Positions 26,743-32,000 of a stretch of DNA of 32,000 nucleotides are shown in pieces. The position numbers and the translations under genes were made by a program. Origin of the DNA: an archaeon (GTDB lineage: Archaea > Asgardarchaeota > Thorarchaeia > Thorarchaeales > Thorarchaeaceae); NCBI GenBank assembly GCA_024275415.1, contig JAJRZD010000082.1:1-32000 (forward strand). The letters are read 5' to 3'. Position 1 is the first letter of the stretch; each line of letters opens with the position of its first letter. The notes below the pieces were generated by a model that was given only the letters and a program-made list of their open reading frames with translations, had not been told where the DNA came from and ran no database searches.

Positions 26743-27294
26743 TTACTGGTTCGGAATGAACTGCTCAATTATCTCAAGGAACCGCATATCGAGGTTTTCG
26801 ATGCCCATCCCAGTCTTTGCTGATATGAAATGGGTTTCCAGCTTGTAGGTCTGGAGGAAATGGTGTACCTCATTCGCGATGTAATCGATCCGGTCTGCGT
26901 CAATGAGGTCCACCTTGTTGGCAACAAGCAAGAACCGTTCGCCATCGCCTTCCTTCAAATTCAAATTGCTGTTTTCCTCGATGGCAGGAATCCAATAGCT
27001 CTCAAGGTTGTCAAGTGTGTGAAGGCGAGAAACATCAAAGAACAGCATACCTACTGCGGCTCCTCGAATCATGGTCTTCAGATGATCGATGAACCTCATT
27101 TGTCCGCCAAAGTCCCATAGACTCAGCGTCACTTCAGTACCTGATGGTGTCTGGACCTTCTTTGTGTCAAAGCTTGCACCTATCGTAGTACGAAGGTAAT
27201 TAGGGTCAGGAAAGTTCCCTGTCGTGTAACGCTGTGCAAAGCTGGTCTTTCCACATTCAGTGTCCCCAAGTATAACCGCCTTGAGTATCGCCAT
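26743..27294 (-). CDS. Rab-like small GTPase, cassette copy 2
   Basis: G1 GDTECGKTS, G2 RTTIG, G3 WDFGGQ, G4 NKVD, G5 ISAK; about 54% identical to copy 1 by manual alignment. Confidence 0.95.
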   Translation of the reverse strand: MAILKAVILGDTECGKTSFAQRYTTGNFPDPNYLRTTIGASFDTKKVQTPSGTEVTLSLWDFGGQMRFIDHLKTMIRGAAVGMLFFDVSRLHTLDNLESYWIPAIEENSNLNLKEGDGERFLLVANKVDLIDADRIDYIANEVHHFLQTYKLETHFISAKTGMGIENLDMRFLEIIEQFIPNQ

Positions 27295-27306
27295 CTACTC
27301 ACACCT

Positions 27307-28743
27307 CTACCATCTGATGGATCCGTCTTCTTGAACTCCAAGATCACTGAGCTCATCTAGTTTTCTGATTGTCCTAGCAAGTCTTGCTGCCACAGGAGGA
27401 CTGCTCAGTAATGCCAAGATGCCCGCAATGGACAAAATCAATACCGCAATCGCGATGTGTATTGCAAATGAAAGCATTACCGTTACAGCTATCAGCACAA
27501 TGGAGAACAGAAATAGGACAAGCCTGATTGCGGCGGGTTTCGCACCTGCACGATAAAGTTTGAGTGCAACACGTGAAAAAATAACCAGACCTATTAGCAC
27601 GACCATCGCGACAGTAACACGTACGTATGCATTGAAAACCTCATAATCAGAGAAGCCTGTAAAAGGAAGTAAGGCATCCTGTATTGTTGGAAATGTTAGG
27701 AGCGCGATTGTGGTCCAATATACAACAAGCCCTTCCCTAGCAAACACATACGACCATTCTCCTAATGCTGAGGATACAGCAGCCAACACGTAGCCTACAA
27801 GTGCTGTAATGCCCGCCATGGTTATTATCCAGACCATATAACGGTTCCACACGAAGCCGTTGGTAATGTATCCGGCCCAACCCATTGAGTGAAGAATAAG
27901 GAATCCGCTGATGAAGGATACGACAACCGCGAGATACATCGGAGTGCGTGCACCAGTGTCCGAGGCCTGTTGGATGAAGAAATTCAGAGGTGCAATCAAA
28001 CACAATAGGGTGTACGAATTCATAAAGACGAACACCCAAATCATCCACTCTCCTGATTGTAATGACAGATACATAAGAGGCACATTCACGGTGACCATCA
28101 ACATTCCGATAAATGACGAGAGAGTAGTTCTCAACGGCCTCCTAACTGATATGAAAATTGCAGCCGCAATCACGAGCGGCACAATTGCAAGGATGTAATA
28201 TTCTGGGTTATCAACAATCCATCGTGTCACGCCAAGTACCCAAGTCGTCAAGAAAAGAAGAATCATAATGAAGATGGAAACTGTAAAAGTTGATGGAGTT
28301 TCTTTGATCAGTATAATTGAGAAGATGAATACACTGAGTAGCAAAATGGCCATAGCAGGCAACAGGAGATAAATGGGAAATCCAGGGTTGAACAGACGGA
28401 TGATGCTGTCTGCTAGGACTGTTATTATTAGCAAGCCCAGTATTGCTGAGAAAATCCTGGCTCGTTTTGCGGGAAACAAAACCCAGACCTGTGCGAACGC
28501 GATGGATCCAAGGAAGAACGCACCTAATGATGTGACAAGTAACGGTATCTCGATGCTCACTCCAAATACAGCGGTCGCTGCCATCCCAATGCCTGAAAAG
28601 CCATAACCCCAGAGCGCCTTTCTGGTGCCCTCGGTAACATCGTTATAGATCTCCTTGGTTCGATATGCATAGGTAAGCAGTGCAATGACCAGTAACAAGA
28701 AAATGACAAATCCAGATGTGTTCAGCGCTTGACTAAAATCCAT
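27307..28743 (-). CDS. Polytopic membrane protein (~15 TM), cassette copy 2
   Basis: 478 aa. Shares MDF start, KE(S/T)PSxFTVS, LCLxxPLxFFxxQA and LSSP with copy 1. Confidence 0.85.
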   Translation of the reverse strand: MDFSQALNTSGFVIFLLLVIALLTYAYRTKEIYNDVTEGTRKALWGYGFSGIGMAATAVFGVSIEIPLLVTSLGAFFLGSIAFAQVWVLFPAKRARIFSAILGLLIITVLADSIIRLFNPGFPIYLLLPAMAILLLSVFIFSIILIKETPSTFTVSIFIMILLFLTTWVLGVTRWIVDNPEYYILAIVPLVIAAAIFISVRRPLRTTLSSFIGMLMVTVNVPLMYLSLQSGEWMIWVFVFMNSYTLLCLIAPLNFFIQQASDTGARTPMYLAVVVSFISGFLILHSMGWAGYITNGFVWNRYMVWIITMAGITALVGYVLAAVSSALGEWSYVFAREGLVVYWTTIALLTFPTIQDALLPFTGFSDYEVFNAYVRVTVAMVVLIGLVIFSRVALKLYRAGAKPAAIRLVLFLFSIVLIAVTVMLSFAIHIAIAVLILSIAGILALLSSPPVAARLARTIRKLDELSDLGVQEDGSIRW

Positions 28744-28755
28744 CTCAGTTCACCT

Positions 28756-29130
28756 TTAACCCCACAAGCTGCTTAGTTCTTTACCTCTACTACGTAGTGC
28801 TTTCTCAAGGGCCGTAGCAAGCTCTTCATCGTTAGCATCAGGACGTCCTAGTACCAAGTCGAATACTATCTCGGATTCTTTTTCATTGTCTGCCTCACAA
28901 ATAAGCAAGTGCCCATTAATATGCATATAACCGACAACTCCCTTGTCAGACTTCATGAAATGAGATACTCCCTGCTTTATATCTTCCCCTGCTGACTGGA
29001 GCGCTGCTTGAACCAACTGAACAATTCCAGCCAGAAGGGCAACCCTTTCTTCGCTGTCGAGCTTGGGAGGATACAATGCTTTCGAGGCCATTGTGTCAAG
29101 GTCTATTTTCGCAACTGTTCGGATTACCAT
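28756..29130 (-). CDS. Longin-like domain protein, cassette copy 2
   Basis: 124 aa with conserved LYP, EERxALLxGIVQxVxAAL, FMKSxxGVxGY, ICExD, SRGKExxxLW. Start overlaps the upstream stop (TAATG). Confidence 0.6.
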   Translation of the reverse strand: MVIRTVAKIDLDTMASKALYPPKLDSEERVALLAGIVQLVQAALQSAGEDIKQGVSHFMKSDKGVVGYMHINGHLLICEADNEKESEIVFDLVLGRPDANDEELATALEKALRSRGKELSSLWG

Positions 29131-29420
29131 TAGTCTTCACCACCAAATGCTTTCGCTAGCCAGTCAACTTCCTTCGAATCTGAATCATCTTTTCCCGTAT
29201 CTGTCTGTACAGGCACTACAATATCGCGAACCCCCAAACCTTCGCCGTTTCGCAGGTTGTATAAAGTTACAAGAAGTTCATGCCCACTCTCGCACTTGAC
29301 GATAACAGTGGGCGATCTGCCCTCTACAGTGATTCGGTTCCTGATGGCAACAACCTCAGTATCGCTCAGTTGTATTGTCGCATTCGCACTACATTTTGGA
29401 CACTTCATAGTTATATCCAT
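29130..29420 (-). CDS. Small Zn-ribbon protein (CxxC...CxxxH), cassette copy 2
   Basis: CPKC...GRSPT...CESGHELLVTLY...LGVRD. Confidence 0.8.
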   Translation of the reverse strand: MDITMKCPKCSANATIQLSDTEVVAIRNRITVEGRSPTVIVKCESGHELLVTLYNLRNGEGLGVRDIVVPVQTDTGKDDSDSKEVDWLAKAFGGED

Positions 29421-29717
29421 AACTGTTGCACATCCCTGAAATCGAGGCTAGGTCCCATTTCTAGGATTTCGAAGCTATTCTTAAGCTTAATTGTTATGTT
29501 GTATAGACCTCCTAATAAACAAAATCATAAAGTGGTTTTTAACAACATTCACTGATATTCAGCAAGCATCTCAAAAACTTACCTATACAAGTCCATTTCT
29601 GGCACACCTACTCGCACTTCAGTTATGGATATGCCTGCCCATCCAATTACTGCTATACCCAAGCCTTAAGAAACATCAAATCATCATGTCTGGCATTATA
29701 ATTCTTGGGTGAGAGAG

Positions 29718-31616
29718 ATGACGGTTGAAGATGTTAAACGGACTGAGAATAGTAAGGCATTGATGCTAGCAAACGAAGCGATGGTCAGAGCTGCACTTGA
29801 AGCAGATGTCAAGGTTGTGGCATTCTATCCAGGTTCACCGGTTTCAGAGATCATGGATACGTTTAGCGAGGTCGTTGACCATTTTGGCGACTTCAAGATG
29901 GAGATCTCAGCAAACGAGAAGGTTGCCCTTGAAACGGTCGCGGGGGCCTCCATGGCAGGAGTACGCTCATTGACTGCCATGAAATCTGTTGGGATGAATG
30001 TGGCAAGCGATGCCATGTTCAGCATAGCATATACTGGACTGAAGGCTGGATGTGTGGTCATAATGGCTGACGACCCCTATGCACACTCATCCCAGTCTGA
30101 GCAAGACTCACGATACTTTGGCGAGGCCGCATATGTCCCGTTGATTGAACCAGCGAACTCGCAAGAAGCCTATGAGATGGTGAAATGGGCCTTTGAGGTT
30201 TCCGAGAAATACAGGACTCTCGTGCTTTTGCGGACGACAACACGTGTGAATCATGCCCGTTCTATGACTCAGCTTGGCGACATGAACCGTACACCGTTCG
30301 AACGCAAGAAATGGAAAGATGTCAAGGACCAATATTTCACGGTTGGAGCGGTGGCCCGAGAATTGAAGATTAAACTGCTCAAGAAACGAGAAGCGATGAA
30401 AGAGCAATTCGAGAACTCCCAGTTCAACAAAATCGACGAGGGTGAGGGGGAAACAGGCATTATCACATCAGGCGTCTGTTATCTCCACACGAAAGAGGCA
30501 ATGAGAAACCTCGGTGTGAGCCTACCAGTCCTGAAGATAGGAACCATCAACCCGCTTCCTGAGAGCAAAATATCGAGGTTCATGAAAGACCTAGATACTG
30601 TCATCATTGTCGAGGAACTCTCACCATATCTGGAAACGCGGATTACTGCCCTTGCCAAGGATGTGAATCCGTCACTCAGGATCGTCGGCAAACGAGATGG
30701 CTCTTTCTCTGAAGCACTGGAATATAATGTGCCAATCGTAGAGAAGGTAATTGCAACGACCCTCGGAGTCGATACGTCAGTTGATTATAATAGGTATCTA
30801 GAACGAGCGGCTGAACTGAAAAGGGATCTTCCCGAAAGAGTGCCGGTGTTCTGTCCGGGGTGCCCCCACAGAGGCACACTCTGGGCATTCAGACAGGCAT
30901 TGACTAGGCTCCGGATCCGTGATGATATTGTTTTCAACAATGATATCGGGTGCTACTCGATGGCTTTCTTGCCACCAAATGAGTTCAGCGATTCCATGCT
31001 TGCTATGGGCGCTAGCTTGGGTATCTCAGCCGGGATGAGTCTGGTTCTAGAGGACAAGGTCATTGCGATGGTCGGGGACTCGACTCTCTATCATGCAGCA
31101 CTCCCTGGCATCGTCAATCTCATCCATCATAACTCGAACGTGACGTTGTTCGTGCTGGATAACTCAGTCACCGCGATGACAGGGCAGCAATACAATCCGA
31201 ATACGCCATTTGATGCAGGAGGGAGAAGTGCTCGCAAGATCGACATGGACAAATTGTTCGAGGCACTAGGAGCTGACAGCGTCACAGTGATTGACCCTTA
31301 CCAGACAAGAGATTGCATTGACCCTATCAAGGAGGCTATCGGACGTGATGGGTTCAACGTCATCATCTCAAGGCGAGAGTGTGCTCTCTATGGTGATAGG
31401 CTAAAGAAGAGCAGGGGCGAGAGGATCCCTCGCAGTGAGAATGACAAGGAAACGTGCCGAAACATCTACGCGTGTGTGAAGGAGTTCTATTGTCCAGCCA
31501 TAACCATTGATGAGTCGGACTACAAGATCATGATCATGGAAACACTTTGCGATGGGTGTCTTGAATGCAGACAGGTGTGCCCAGTGGACGCACCAAGGCA
31601 CATTGTAGGAAGGTGA
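29718..31616 (+). CDS. iorA: Indolepyruvate:ferredoxin oxidoreductase alpha subunit
   Basis: ANEAMVRAALEA, YPGSP, NEKVALE, MKSVGMNVASD, FCPGCPHR, DIGCY, GDSTLYH, LDNSVTAMTGQQ, C-terminal ferredoxin motif. GTG 29709 is an alternative start. Confidence 0.95.
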   Translation: MTVEDVKRTENSKALMLANEAMVRAALEADVKVVAFYPGSPVSEIMDTFSEVVDHFGDFKMEISANEKVALETVAGASMAGVRSLTAMKSVGMNVASDAMFSIAYTGLKAGCVVIMADDPYAHSSQSEQDSRYFGEAAYVPLIEPANSQEAYEMVKWAFEVSEKYRTLVLLRTTTRVNHARSMTQLGDMNRTPFERKKWKDVKDQYFTVGAVARELKIKLLKKREAMKEQFENSQFNKIDEGEGETGIITSGVCYLHTKEAMRNLGVSLPVLKIGTINPLPESKISRFMKDLDTVIIVEELSPYLETRITALAKDVNPSLRIVGKRDGSFSEALEYNVPIVEKVIATTLGVDTSVDYNRYLERAAELKRDLPERVPVFCPGCPHRGTLWAFRQALTRLRIRDDIVFNNDIGCYSMAFLPPNEFSDSMLAMGASLGISAGMSLVLEDKVIAMVGDSTLYHAALPGIVNLIHHNSNVTLFVLDNSVTAMTGQQYNPNTPFDAGGRSARKIDMDKLFEALGADSVTVIDPYQTRDCIDPIKEAIGRDGFNVIISRRECALYGDRLKKSRGERIPRSENDKETCRNIYACVKEFYCPAITIDESDYKIMIMETLCDGCLECRQVCPVDAPRHIVGR

Positions 31617-31621
31617 TCACA

Positions 31622-32000
31622 ATGGAAAAGACATACAACATCCTATTTGCAGGCGTTGGTGGACAAGGACTCATGCTTCTGTCAGCAGTGCTGGGGAAAG
31701 CCGCTGTCGATGCAGGTCTTGATGTGATGACTGGAGAAACCCATGGTCTAGCACAACGGAGCGGTTCCATATACGTACACTTCAGGATTGGTAAGCCGAT
31801 TTCACCTTTGATCCCATACGGAAGTGCAGACATGTTGATTGCGATGGAAGCGACCGAGGCACTACGGTACATCGAGTATCTGAAGGATGACGGGGTGGTC
31901 ATCATGAGTAAGAACATCATGCATCCTGTCGCAGAAACAAAAGCAGTCGCCCTTGATAAGACCCGTAAGACGAAATACTACACGCTTTCAGCAGTCGAGG
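31622..32000 (+). CDS. iorB: Indolepyruvate:ferredoxin oxidoreductase beta subunit (partial, runs off the window)
   Basis: ATG 31622: MEKTYNILFAGVGGQGLMLLS...ETHGLAQRSGS...ADMLIAMEATEALRY; no stop before 32000. Confidence 0.93.
   Translation, partial: MEKTYNILFAGVGGQGLMLLSAVLGKAAVDAGLDVMTGETHGLAQRSGSIYVHFRIGKPISPLIPYGSADMLIAMEATEALRYIEYLKDDGVVIMSKNIMHPVAETKAVALDKTRKTKYYTLSAVE

Larger units (their letters stand above)
24035..29420 (-). repeat. Ancient tandem duplication of a four-gene cassette (copies 24035-26658 and 26743-29420)
   Basis: Same gene order and orientation; all four genes are pairwise homologous at protein level but diverged in DNA. Confidence 0.93.

Noticed and set aside
1484-29717. 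N-terminal extensions in the ORF track (starts 1484, 11250, 12508, 14605, 24622, 26718, 29709)
   Set aside because: They overlap promoters or upstream genes, or extend beyond the aligned paralog starts. Downstream ATGs with SD-like signals fit better.
6013-31920. Long antisense or alternate-frame ORFs (e.g. 6013-6438, 9046-9357, 9928-10431, 13122-13607, 16670-17101, 21316-21669, 22099-22482, 31534-31920)
   Set aside because: They are shadows of well-supported genes on the other strand or frame, with Ser/Ile-rich non-protein-like composition and no motifs.
1-32000. tRNA/rRNA genes, transposases, integrases, cas genes
   Set aside because: No cloverleaf/T-loop signatures, rRNA motifs, DDE/HUH/tyrosine-recombinase motifs or Cas/RAMP motifs were recognised in the window.

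Overview
Archaeal chromosomal window, most likely from an Asgard archaeon (Thorarchaeia-like). This is inferred from three Rab-like small GTPases, two longin-like proteins, 24-aa 'IDLxPL' LRR proteins, an ankyrin protein and archaeal promoter/SD signals. Left to right: a CRISPR leader and 18-repeat array (no cas genes in the window); ICMT-family methyltransferase; membrane-anchored Ig-like protein; Rab-like GTPase with an apparent CTG start; radical SAM protein; PadR operon with a triple operator; polar amino-acid ABC transporter; NIF3-like and ankyrin genes; DUF22; dsrEFH/tusDCB-like sulfur relay; LRR protein; PDO/TrxB/glutaredoxin redox cluster; FIST-PAS-GAF-PAS-GAF histidine kinase; LRR plus helical protein pair; ferritin-like protein; and iorA/iorB (iorB truncated by the window edge). 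The standout is a tandemly duplicated four-gene cassette at 24035-29420: Zn-ribbon, longin-like protein, ~15-TM membrane protein, Rab-like GTPase. It looks like a self-contained membrane-linked small-GTPase switch. All calls come from reading motifs by eye; no database searches were run.
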